This document shows, in pieces, positions 17,001-26,207 of a DNA stretch of 64,000 nt (position 1 is the stretch's first letter; every line of letters starts with the position of its first letter). Position numbers and translations under genes: made by a program. Origin of the DNA: a virus (Duplodnaviria; Caudoviricetes); the IMG/VR virus record IMGVR_UViG_3300032896_000431, positions 1,157 through 65,156 of that record; one strand, 5' to 3'. The notes below the pieces were generated by a model. The model ran no database searches, was not told the DNA's origin, and worked only from the letters and a program-made list of their open reading frames with translations.

Positions 17001-20000
17001 GAGAGCGGATCGGCTCGAACTCTAGCTTTCGGTAGTTCTCTGTGAGCCTGCCTCCGGGTCGGGATGCATCAAACCAGAGATTCGGCCTAAGACAGGGCTG
17101 GTCGCGAGCCGGTTGGCGCCTTTGGGGTGGTTAGGCCCCTATAGTCGACCTCCACCGGACGATACTGTGCGTACATGCTGGAGCCGTGCCGCTTGGCATC
17201 CTATCTGAGACGAATGAGCAGACGATCCGACAACCAGAACAGAGCATCCGACGACGACCAGAACGACGAACAATCGGTCCCGGCCGCACCGCGCCAGGTC
17301 GAAACCGACGCCGATATGATCGACGCACTGTCCGACTTCATCGTGCGCAACCCTAACGTGCTAGGCGGTGGTGATATCCTAACAATCACGGGCGGCAGGC
17401 CGGTGGCGCGGGCGGGCATGCTGGCGGCGATCCTCGCTGGCTTGGCACTCGAAGGAGGGGCGCGGGCAATAAGGGGATATCTGATCGTCATTCCCCCTGC
17501 CGCTGATGCGGTGGCGGGACGTGAGCGTGCATGGGAAGGGTTCACATTCGCATTCGCGCGTCTGGCGGGCCGATCCCTGACCCCGGCGGAGGAACATTGG
17601 CTTCTGAGCCGATTTGAGGTGCGGGCCGCCCCGGATGGCCGCGCCGCATCGATACTCGCGCTGATCGGCGACCAGCGCGAGCGAACGGCAATTATTGTCA
17701 CTGAAGCGGCCGATTATCGGGATGACGCAATTGCGCCGTTCGTGCGCGAGGGCGCGGAGACGCCACTAGTTGCAGAAGATGTGTGGGTTCCTCAGCTCCA
17801 CAGCCTGGCGCAGGCCGCTGTAGCGGTCGCAAGCGAGAAGAGCTTGTATGTCGCACTTGACGCGGATGAGCTCAGCCCAATTCGCCCGCAGCTTGAACAG
17901 TTGCTGCGGTCGGTCGATGGCTGCGGGGTCATGGGCGCCGCGGACGACAACCGACCTGAGACCATCCTGGCAAGACATGTGGATACATGGGATCGGTGGA
18001 TTGCCGAGGGGCGCGTTGGCCGAGTCTTGCGCGATGTCAACGAGCTTCCGACGACACTGAATTCCGAAAAGCCATTTCTGCGGGTCCAGCTTCTGCATAA
18101 GGCGGGGTTGCGCTTGGAAGCGCTCGCAGCGATTCGCAGCGAATTCCTGTCGAGAGGCCATCTCGATCCGTCGTCGCGCGTGCGGCTCGCCCGCATCGCG
18201 GGCGATGCAGGCGCATCACGGCTCGCCCGGGAACTTCTTGAGCCATGTATCACCCATCTCGACAGTCGGGAGGAACTCGAAAGCGCGCTTCGCACGGCCG
18301 AGGCCTCGGGATCTAACGAACTCCAACAAAAGCTCGCGAATCGACTGGAAACACGCTTTCCCGGCGCTGAGGGTGTGCAACGTCATCATCGGCGGTTGCT
18401 GTTGCGCGACCGTGATTACGCCAGCGTCGCTGATCTGCTGCGTCCCGCAGACGCCAAACGCGCTACATTCTATGACGCGCTCGCTACCGCTCTGTCCGGT
18501 AGCGAGATCCCGGACTATATGACGCTCATTGGCTCTGCGCAGGATAACAATCAGGCTGAGGCGTTTCGCCTCGCGAGCGTCGAGGACGCATTGTCACACT
18601 GCCTCACCGTGCATGCTTTCGAACTGGCGCTCGCCAGGCCGGCGAGTTCGGCACTCACCGAGCGCTGGCAGCGGCTCCTGCTTGAGGCCCTGGAACGCTG
18701 CTTCCTCGACTGCGGACCCAGCGGGAGTCCCCCGGTCGAGATGTCGCGCATTGAGGAAGGGCTGCGCGCGCTTGTGGCTAGCCTCGCCTGCGATCCGCTA
18801 AATGCTGCTCTGCGCTTCGGCCTAGTCGACCTCCTTCGGCCCAACGTGTCGGGAACAACTGGGCTCGCGCTAATCGCAAAATTGGTGTTAGACGAAGCTG
18901 CGAACCCTATCACCCCCAGCAAAGGCTTCAAGTTCGGTTCGGCCGGAATGGATTGGCTGCTCAATAAGAAGCCATTTCTCAACAGAGCTTTGGACTGGTT
19001 GAAGAGCGAAGAGCCAATATTGATCGGCAAGCTCGCGCTTCCGGCGGAGCTACTGACCGAGGATGCCGACGCGATACTCTCTGCGATCGCATCCTATCTA
19101 GAACGGGTTCCGCTTGCAGACGCAAGCGACATTGAGTCCCTGCAGCTCTGGCTGACATTGGCTGCCGCTGTCGCTCCGCACAGTTCCGACCCGGACGTCG
19201 ACCTTCGCTTGTACCGCCTGGCGGCTGGCAAGCTTGCGAGCTATGGCTTCCCACAGCATGCGCGCGACTTGGTTGAGGTGGCGGTACAGGCGGGCACTGC
19301 AACGCCGCGGCGACGTCGATTGGCGTGGTTTTCCGTTGCGGATGTCTACCACCGAGTGCGTGACTATCTCGCCGGACTTGTCGCGCTGGCCTGCGCCTTC
19401 GCGGCAGATGACCACGCGGATGAGGAAGAGATCTGGCAGGAGATCTATGCGCTCGCCCGCTTCATGCGCGATGCGGGCCTGTCCGACGTCGCGTTTGCGA
19501 CGATCGCAAAGGGCCGTGATGTGCTTGCGCGAATGTCACTTTTGAAACCGTATGGCCACAGACTTGACCTGCTCGAATTGCAAGTGAGGCAGACGCGCCT
19601 TGATGAGCACGATGCCAAGGGATTGGCGGAGCTCCTATCGGACGCAATTCGCGTCGGAAAGGAAGTATTGAAGCGTCGTGAGCAGACCGCGCCGGCAGGG
19701 ATCACTCTGGGCCAGCTTATCCGTGCGGCGCGTACCGCAGCTATCCCTATTCCCGATGACGCTGAAACCGTGTTCCGGAAGCTCAACAAATGGGCGGGCG
19801 GCAATCTGGCGGCGATGATAGTCGCAGCCTCGTCATCGGCGCCAACGGCCGCACAAGTGGCGGAGCTCGTGGCGAGCATGCCTCGTGCTCGCTATGCCGA
19901 GGATGTTGGCTTTGACACAAGCGTCGTGGCGAGACTCGCGCGTCGCGCTCTTACAGACAACGCCTTGCTATTAAACTCAGTGGAAACGTCGTTCACGCTC

Positions 20001-21282
20001 GAAGTGCTCTCTGATTGGGGCGCAGCGCTGCCCGGTTGGGACGAAGCTGCTGCGCCGCCCTCGGCCCTTCGAAAGGAAGAGCCGGCGGCGATTGCGAGAT
20101 CGATCTCCAGCTCGGGACCGGCCATCCTCCAGTTGGGGTTGGATGCCAACGGCAGCTTGATCCGCGCGATTTCGGCCAGCGGTCGGAATGGCGCGGCAAT
20201 CCGCGAGGCGTCAGACATCTTCTCTCAAGAGGCATTCCACGACTGGATGCTCGAATTTCCGAGGCGCTATGGCTACGACGACAGCCCGAACCTGTTCTAC
20301 ACAACGACTGATCGTCTGCGCTTGAGCGCTGTACCAGAAGGCCCGACGATTGTGGTTGCCGCAACTGAGCTACAGACCTTCCCGCCAAATCTGCTGTTCG
20401 CCAACGGCGAATTCCTAGGGCGCAGACAGCCTGTCGCTGCGGCACCATCCCTTGCATGGCTGAGTGGTGCGCGTGATCGGAGCCAGGCCGGAGACGGGCG
20501 GATGGTCGCATGGATTTCCACGGCCGAAGGCGAGGATGGTCGAGCAACGCTGTCGCTGCTAGCGCAGCGGCTTGAGGCGCCTTTTGCAGACTTTGGCTTC
20601 TTGTTAGACACCAGTCCAGTGATACCGCGAGGTTTTGCCGACGCGACCATGGCCGTGATCACCGCGCATGGGCGCGTCCATCCCGAAGGCCGCTATTTTC
20701 AAGTCGTGTCAGATGAGGGTACGTTAAGGGTATCCGCTGCAGATCTTGCTGCTGCCGTCCGAAATGTTGGAGTCGTTGTCCTATTTGTGTGCAGCGGCGG
20801 GCGGTCTGACAAGCACCCCGGAGCGAACACGACGCTCGGGCTCGCAAAGCAAATACTCGACCGTGGTTGCAGTGCCGTGATCGCATCGCCATGGCCGCTC
20901 GACTCCCAAGTGCCACCGCACTGGCTTCCTGCCTTTCTCGCCGAGTGGGCGAACGGAGCGACGCTGATCGAGGCAAATTTCTCTGCAAATCGCGTGGTCG
21001 ACGCGCGGTTTGCGCTCGACCCAGCAAGAGGCCTCGCAATGACCGTCTATGGCGACCCGCTCCTGAAAAGGCTGCGAAGTTAGGTGCACGATTCCGACAA
21101 GGATTAGTCGTACGCTGGGGGAACTGCAACCTTCGCAAGCAACGTTCTAGGACTGCTTCGACTAGCTTTGGCACGATGCAGTCTGCGTCAGGCAGTGCGG
21201 TACGCCCGCTCCTGAGGCGGCATCACGGCCAGCCCTATAACCGAGTTACATCGAAAGCGAAGATTCACGCTGATTCACTGAC
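17001..21282. mobile_element. TIR-flanked cassette 2 (TPR-CHAT)
   Basis: Right end 21251-21282 matches the cassette-1 left end at 26/32; left end 17001-17032 is degenerate; no flanking duplication visible. Confidence 0.6.
17214..21083 (+). CDS. Large helical-repeat (TPR-like) protein with C-terminal CHAT caspase-like protease
   Basis: AVITAHG (His) ... VVVLFVCSGG (Cys) ... AVIASPWPL ... VYGDP; long amphipathic helical region. Confidence 0.85.
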   Translation: MSRRSDNQNRASDDDQNDEQSVPAAPRQVETDADMIDALSDFIVRNPNVLGGGDILTITGGRPVARAGMLAAILAGLALEGGARAIRGYLIVIPPAADAVAGRERAWEGFTFAFARLAGRSLTPAEEHWLLSRFEVRAAPDGRAASILALIGDQRERTAIIVTEAADYRDDAIAPFVREGAETPLVAEDVWVPQLHSLAQAAVAVASEKSLYVALDADELSPIRPQLEQLLRSVDGCGVMGAADDNRPETILARHVDTWDRWIAEGRVGRVLRDVNELPTTLNSEKPFLRVQLLHKAGLRLEALAAIRSEFLSRGHLDPSSRVRLARIAGDAGASRLARELLEPCITHLDSREELESALRTAEASGSNELQQKLANRLETRFPGAEGVQRHHRRLLLRDRDYASVADLLRPADAKRATFYDALATALSGSEIPDYMTLIGSAQDNNQAEAFRLASVEDALSHCLTVHAFELALARPASSALTERWQRLLLEALERCFLDCGPSGSPPVEMSRIEEGLRALVASLACDPLNAALRFGLVDLLRPNVSGTTGLALIAKLVLDEAANPITPSKGFKFGSAGMDWLLNKKPFLNRALDWLKSEEPILIGKLALPAELLTEDADAILSAIASYLERVPLADASDIESLQLWLTLAAAVAPHSSDPDVDLRLYRLAAGKLASYGFPQHARDLVEVAVQAGTATPRRRRLAWFSVADVYHRVRDYLAGLVALACAFAADDHADEEEIWQEIYALARFMRDAGLSDVAFATIAKGRDVLARMSLLKPYGHRLDLLELQVRQTRLDEHDAKGLAELLSDAIRVGKEVLKRREQTAPAGITLGQLIRAARTAAIPIPDDAETVFRKLNKWAGGNLAAMIVAASSSAPTAAQVAELVASMPRARYAEDVGFDTSVVARLARRALTDNALLLNSVETSFTLEVLSDWGAALPGWDEAAAPPSALRKEEPAAIARSISSSGPAILQLGLDANGSLIRAISASGRNGAAIREASDIFSQEAFHDWMLEFPRRYGYDDSPNLFYTTTDRLRLSAVPEGPTIVVAATELQTFPPNLLFANGEFLGRRQPVAAAPSLAWLSGARDRSQAGDGRMVAWISTAEGEDGRATLSLLAQRLEAPFADFGFLLDTSPVIPRGFADATMAVITAHGRVHPEGRYFQVVSDEGTLRVSAADLAAAVRNVGVVVLFVCSGGRSDKHPGANTTLGLAKQILDRGCSAVIASPWPLDSQVPPHWLPAFLAEWANGATLIEANFSANRVVDARFALDPARGLAMTVYGDPLLKRLRS

Positions 21283-21295
21283 ATCGGAGCATCCG

Positions 21296-21484
21296 ATGAC
21301 GATCCGCATCAAGCCTTCGCACGAAGGCCGGCTGCACCGTGCGTTGCACATTGCGGCGGGCAAGCCGATTCCGGAGCGGCGACTGCAACAGGCCGAGCAC
21401 TCGCGCGACCCGGCCACCCGGCGCGAGGCGGTGTTCGCCGAGAGCGCGCGCAAGTGGGATCACCCGAAGGGCGGCAAGAAATAG
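21296..21484 (+). CDS. Small basic phage protein
   Basis: GGAG RBS; MTIRIKPSHEGRLHRALHIAAGKPIP... Confidence 0.65.
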   Translation: MTIRIKPSHEGRLHRALHIAAGKPIPERRLQQAEHSRDPATRREAVFAESARKWDHPKGGKK

Positions 21485-21586
21485 GGGCACCGATGCCGCC
21501 GAAGCCCGGGAAGGCCAAGCCGACGAAGCGGGGTTAGGCCCGCGCGGCGGGGCCGTCGCCCCGCCGTTCAACCGGAGAACCCGAAC

Positions 21587-22246
21587 ATGAAGTCGTTGAA
21601 ACGACCGCGCCATCGGGCGCGGCGCGTGCTGCTGACGCTGTGCCTGGTGCTGGCGTTGTGCGCACTTGCGCAAATCCGGCCGGCAGCAGCCCAGACCGCG
21701 GCGGTGGCATCGAACACACTGGACGTGACCGGCATCGTGCAGGCGCTGCTGGAAACCGCGGCGTTGGTGATCGCGGGCCTGATCGCCCGCTTCGTGCCGC
21801 GGCTGATCGATATCCTGGAGCAGCGGACCGGGCTGATGCTGACGGCGCAACAGCAGCAGACGGTGCTGCATGGCGTGCAGACCGCCGCCGGAATCATCGA
21901 GACGCAGATCGACCAGGGGCTGATGCAGGTCTCGCACGTGCGGATCGACAACCAGGCCGTGCTGGCGCAGGCGCGGCAGGTGATCCAGGCGGTGCCAATG
22001 GCGGCGTCTGCCATGGGTGTCACCGAGGCCGGTGTGGCGCGGATGATCGTAGGCGCGGTGGACACCGGCAGCCGGGTCACGCCCGCGCCGGCGCAAGCGG
22101 TGCTGCCCCCGGCCCCCGCTGTGCTGGGCACAGCCCCACAACCGGCAGCCCAAGCTGCTCCCCCCGCCCCAACCCGGGCTGCGCCCTCTCCCTTTCCGGC
22201 CCTCGCGGCCACCCCGGCACCGGCACAAGCCGCTGCCACAACGTAA
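21587..22246 (+). CDS. Membrane protein, possible LL-H-like holin
   Basis: Two hydrophobic segments, then QTVLHGVQTAAGIIE...ARMIVGAV and a Pro/Ala tail. Confidence 0.5.
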   Translation: MKSLKRPRHRARRVLLTLCLVLALCALAQIRPAAAQTAAVASNTLDVTGIVQALLETAALVIAGLIARFVPRLIDILEQRTGLMLTAQQQQTVLHGVQTAAGIIETQIDQGLMQVSHVRIDNQAVLAQARQVIQAVPMAASAMGVTEAGVARMIVGAVDTGSRVTPAPAQAVLPPAPAVLGTAPQPAAQAAPPAPTRAAPSPFPALAATPAPAQAAATT

Positions 22247-22260
22247 CGGAGGTTCCACCG

Positions 22261-22644
22261 ATGAAATCGCTCAGACCACGCGCCGCTGGTGCGGCGCTGC
22301 TGCTGCTGGCTGGCTGCACCCAGGCCCAGCTCCAGGCGACCGGCCTGCCCGCCTCGACCGCCGCGCAGGTCGCCACCGTCACCCAGACGCTGGCGTCCGA
22401 CGGGCAACTCTTCTGCCAGGTCGGCAGCGTGATCTACCAGGCCGGCGACGTGAAGGTGACGAACGCCACCGCGGCAAGCGTCGCCGCCGCCTGCGGCGCG
22501 TTGCAGATCGGCTCGGCCATGATTGCCGGCGCCGTGCCGGTGCCGGTGCCGGCCGGCACGCAGGTCCAAGTCGCCTCGGTGCCGGCACCCGTCGCCGCGG
22601 CCGTCGCGGCGACGGGTGCCGCCGGCGAAGACCTGACGCCCTGA
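22261..22644 (+). CDS. Lipoprotein (possible spanin-like)
   Basis: GGAGG RBS; lipobox LLLLAGC. Confidence 0.6.
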   Translation: MKSLRPRAAGAALLLLAGCTQAQLQATGLPASTAAQVATVTQTLASDGQLFCQVGSVIYQAGDVKVTNATAASVAAACGALQIGSAMIAGAVPVPVPAGTQVQVASVPAPVAAAVAATGAAGEDLTP

Positions 22645-22653
22645 CGCGGCCGC

Positions 22654-24192
22654 ATGTTCCAGACGCTCGCCGACCGCATCCTGCGGGATGCCGATTACCC
22701 GCCGCGCACGCGGGAACTCGACATCCTGCGGCGGGTGCTGGAGGGGCGGCTGTATGACGTGCTGCCGCGGGAATTCCACCAAGAACGCACCTCGGGCGGC
22801 GAGTATATCCCGCTGCGGGATCGCCGCCCGTCGGTGCGCTACAACCTCTGCCGCCTCGTGGTCGAGGATTCGGTCGCGCTGCTGTTCTCGGAGGGGCATT
22901 TCCCTACCCTGGAATGCAACGACGCCACCGTGCGCGGCGCCCTGCTGGCGCTGGCGAAGGATGCCCGCCTGGCGCGGGTGATGACGGACGCCGCCATCTC
23001 CGGTTCCGTCGGCTCGACCTGCATCCTGATGCGGGTGCTGCGCGGCCGGGTGTTCTTCGACGTGCTGCGCACCGAGTTCCTGACTCCGGTGTGGCAGCGC
23101 GAGGCGCCCGACACGCTGGCGATGGTGACCGAGCGCTACAAGGTCCATCGCACCCAACTGGAAGAGAGCGGCTTCTCCCCCGACCCGCAGTGGCAATGGT
23201 TCTGGTTCCAGCGGCGGTGGGATAGCCAGCGCGAGATCTGGTACCTGCCGTGGCCCGTCGGCAAAGACGACGCCGGGCCGGTCGAGGACCCAGCGAACAC
23301 GGTGACGCACGCGCTCGGCTTCGTGCCGATGATATGGATCAGGAACCTGCCTGGCCCATCGGCCTCCGGCTCGCCGTTCGACGGGGCCTGCACGTTCCGC
23401 TCCGCTATCGAATCGCAGATCGAGATCGACTATCAGCTCTCCCAGGCCGGCCGCGGCCTGAAATACTCATCGGACCCGACCCTGCTCATCAAGGAGCCGG
23501 CGTTCGCGGAGCAACGGGAGTTCGTGCGGTCGCCGGCGGATGCGCTGGTGGTGTCGCTGGGAGGCGACGCGAAGCTGCTGGAAATCGGCGGCACGGCCGC
23601 GACCGTGGTGCTGGACTACTGCCGGCATCTGCGCGAGCTGGCGCTGGAGACGATGCACGGCAACCGCGCCAATGCGGACAAGCTGTCGGCGGCGCAGTCC
23701 GGGCGGGCGCTGGAACTGATGCACCAGGCGCTGATCTGGCTCGCCGACCATCTGCGGCAAAGCTACGGCGAGGACGGCCTGCTGCCGCTCATCCGAATGG
23801 TGATGCGGATATCGCGGGCGATGCCGTTGGTGCTGGCGGATGGCACCAGGCTGCCGGCGATCCCGGAGAACACGACGATCTCGCTGCGCTGGCCGCCGTG
23901 GTTCCCCCCAACCGGCGAGGACATGGTACAGCAGGCGAACGGACTGGTGACGCTGCGCGTCGGCGGCCTGATCTCGCGGGAGACCGGGGTCAAGCTGGTC
24001 GGCGAGACGCTGGACATCGAGGACGTGCCGGCGGAGCTGGCGCGGATCGCCGCCGACGAACAGGCGGTGATGGACGGCACGCAACTCCCGCCGACCGGCA
24101 GGATGCAGCAGAGCCCGGCCAATGCGCCGGGGCAGACCGGGCCTGGCCCGAACGGCAATCAAGGCAAGGGCGGCGACACGCCGCCGGTTTGA
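22654..24192 (+). CDS. Portal protein (SPP1 gp6-like)
   Basis: Size and position; YNLCRLVVEDSVALLF, HALGFVPMIWIRN, SGRALELM motifs. Confidence 0.85.
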   Translation: MFQTLADRILRDADYPPRTRELDILRRVLEGRLYDVLPREFHQERTSGGEYIPLRDRRPSVRYNLCRLVVEDSVALLFSEGHFPTLECNDATVRGALLALAKDARLARVMTDAAISGSVGSTCILMRVLRGRVFFDVLRTEFLTPVWQREAPDTLAMVTERYKVHRTQLEESGFSPDPQWQWFWFQRRWDSQREIWYLPWPVGKDDAGPVEDPANTVTHALGFVPMIWIRNLPGPSASGSPFDGACTFRSAIESQIEIDYQLSQAGRGLKYSSDPTLLIKEPAFAEQREFVRSPADALVVSLGGDAKLLEIGGTAATVVLDYCRHLRELALETMHGNRANADKLSAAQSGRALELMHQALIWLADHLRQSYGEDGLLPLIRMVMRISRAMPLVLADGTRLPAIPENTTISLRWPPWFPPTGEDMVQQANGLVTLRVGGLISRETGVKLVGETLDIEDVPAELARIAADEQAVMDGTQLPPTGRMQQSPANAPGQTGPGPNGNQGKGGDTPPV

Positions 24193-24205
24193 AGGAGAGT
24201 GACCC

Positions 24206-24847
24206 ATGCATTGGCGTCCCAGCCCCGTTTTCGAGACTGCCGACCCGCCTGGCGGCGGTGACCGCAACAGTTTCTCGGCCGACTATGTGGCCCGGCTACA
24301 GGCCGACCTGGACAAGGTCCGCGAGGATCTCCGCGCGGCGGAGGCGAAACACACCACCGAGGTCAACGACCTCAAGCGCACCCATGGTGAGGCGATGGCC
24401 ACGCTGCGGCGCGAGCACGAGGCGGCGGTGGCAGCAACCGCGCAGCAGCAAGCCGAGGCTCTGGATGCGGCCAAGAACGAAGGCAAGGCGGCATTGACCG
24501 CGGCCGAGACCGCTCATCGGCAGCGCGTGGTGGACTTCGCGTTGCGCGCCGAGGCGGCGGGCGCCGGGTTGCTCGACATGGACGCGCTGAAGTTGCTCGA
24601 CCAGGCCGAGGTGGACAAGCTGACGATGGACGATGCCGGTGCGGTGGCCGGGGCCAAGCCGCTGATCGAGGCGATGAAGAAGGCTAAGCCGTTCCTGTTC
24701 GGGCAGGGCAGCACCAGCAATCCAAACCCGACGCCGCCCAACAACACCCCGCCGGCGCTGAAGAACGCCCGCGACATGACCGACGCGGAGTTCGCCGAGG
24801 CCAATGCCCGTAGGGCGTGGCGAGGGGCGATCCCGCGGGCCGCGTAG
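24206..24847 (+). CDS. Capsid scaffolding protein
   Basis: Coiled coil followed by LIEAMKKAKPFLF; lies between portal and capsid. Confidence 0.8.
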   Translation: MHWRPSPVFETADPPGGGDRNSFSADYVARLQADLDKVREDLRAAEAKHTTEVNDLKRTHGEAMATLRREHEAAVAATAQQQAEALDAAKNEGKAALTAAETAHRQRVVDFALRAEAAGAGLLDMDALKLLDQAEVDKLTMDDAGAVAGAKPLIEAMKKAKPFLFGQGSTSNPNPTPPNNTPPALKNARDMTDAEFAEANARRAWRGAIPRAA

Positions 24848-24940
24848 TCGGTCTGCTTAGGGTATTGACCGATTGCGTCTGCGATTCTCCGGCTCCCAGT
24901 TTCTCGCAAATCCGGCGCGAAACTCATCGTCCCTACCCGC

Positions 24941-25909
24941 TCACTTTTGTGGAAACTGTCCGTAGGGATTTTTAGCCGGGTCATACCGCCAAGAGCCGAG
25001 ATCGAAGTCACCTAGCTCTATTTGCTCAATCTTACCGTGATGCATAAATGCGCGGCGGACAATAGCGAAGGCTTCGCCACAACGTCTCTGATTTAGGCAT
25101 CGGCTAACGATCGTGGCTGTCATATCTGCTATCCGGAGTTCTGGGCGTTGATGCGATGGGGCAAAAGAGAGGTTCTTTGTAAAGAGCTCGTTGAGATCAA
25201 GCTTTCCATGTCGCGTGAACTTATCCAAGAACGGATGCCCCGTGCTTCTCCACTCGCTAGCAATCAGCATGGGGGCCTTTTGGGTGATATGATAAAGCTG
25301 ATTGCGTAGAATCTCTTTCCAAAAAATTTCGTGACGTGGCGTACGGACAAAATCACGGTCTATAATGAACTGGAGCTCTGTCAGCTCACTATCATAGCCG
25401 CCACTGATCGCATGCCCAACACAGTTGGTCAAAGACTTTACGATGCAATGGCCAAGCAGAACGATCTTGAGAAAGACGTTGTCGTCCAAATTCTGAAACC
25501 AGTTTCCCATCTCTTCGTAGGTCCGAGCCACTGCCGGCCGTCCGAGAGCCTGGTATCCTTTGACGCCTTCCTGGATGCCAACGAGGGCGACGTGCCGGTG
25601 CTTCGCAATGATGGCCCGTGGATGCTGAGATTGCCGAAGCGCGACCGGCGTGATGCGGGGAATGGTGGGGATTTGGTAGATACGTGCGGCGAAGTCCCGC
25701 AGATGGGAATCAGTCAACGCGGCTCCTTTGAACTCACCTTTATGGTCCTTAAGGCGTCGTGGAAGGGTCCTTTCCCAATCGAGGAACTGAATGCACTTCT
25801 GTTCAGACAATTTGCCATGTTGTCGAAGAGACACTGCGACGAAGATGTTTGTGCGGTCAGCGCCAAATCCGAACGAACCTGATTCGTCTATCGCGATGAG
25901 CATCTGCAT
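24941..25909 (-). CDS. DUF3800 domain protein (moron)
   Basis: LIAIDESG N-terminal motif and ELRIADMTA C-terminal motif; low GC; antisense to the head operon. Confidence 0.8.
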   Translation of the reverse strand: MQMLIAIDESGSFGFGADRTNIFVAVSLRQHGKLSEQKCIQFLDWERTLPRRLKDHKGEFKGAALTDSHLRDFAARIYQIPTIPRITPVALRQSQHPRAIIAKHRHVALVGIQEGVKGYQALGRPAVARTYEEMGNWFQNLDDNVFLKIVLLGHCIVKSLTNCVGHAISGGYDSELTELQFIIDRDFVRTPRHEIFWKEILRNQLYHITQKAPMLIASEWRSTGHPFLDKFTRHGKLDLNELFTKNLSFAPSHQRPELRIADMTATIVSRCLNQRRCGEAFAIVRRAFMHHGKIEQIELGDFDLGSWRYDPAKNPYGQFPQK

Positions 25910-26124
25910 AACCCCGTGATGCGCGGCCCCCGCCTGCCTCCGCTGAAATACCCGGTATTGGCCGTGGCAACCCCAGACGCTGTATGCCGGCCTTGGGTCG
26001 GGATCGGCTTTCCCGCGTAGCTACCCGCTCCGACGGACAGGAAGTCGGGTGACCCGTCATGTGGTCTGTCAAGGCCGCTGTGCAAAGGCACTCGCCAACA
26101 CCCGGCCCAGCCGGGTGTCTGCCG

Positions 26125-26156
26125 AGCCGGTGTTCCCTCTGGGGCGCCGGCTTTTT
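26125..26156 (+). terminator. Intrinsic terminator-like hairpin upstream of the capsid gene
   Basis: AGCCGGTGTTCC-CTCT-GGGGCGCCGGCT followed by TTTT. Confidence 0.45.
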
Positions 26157-26207
26157 CATCTCCCCTGCGCCGGGTTGCGCGCGCTCCAACACGAAAGGGA
26201 CGCCAGC

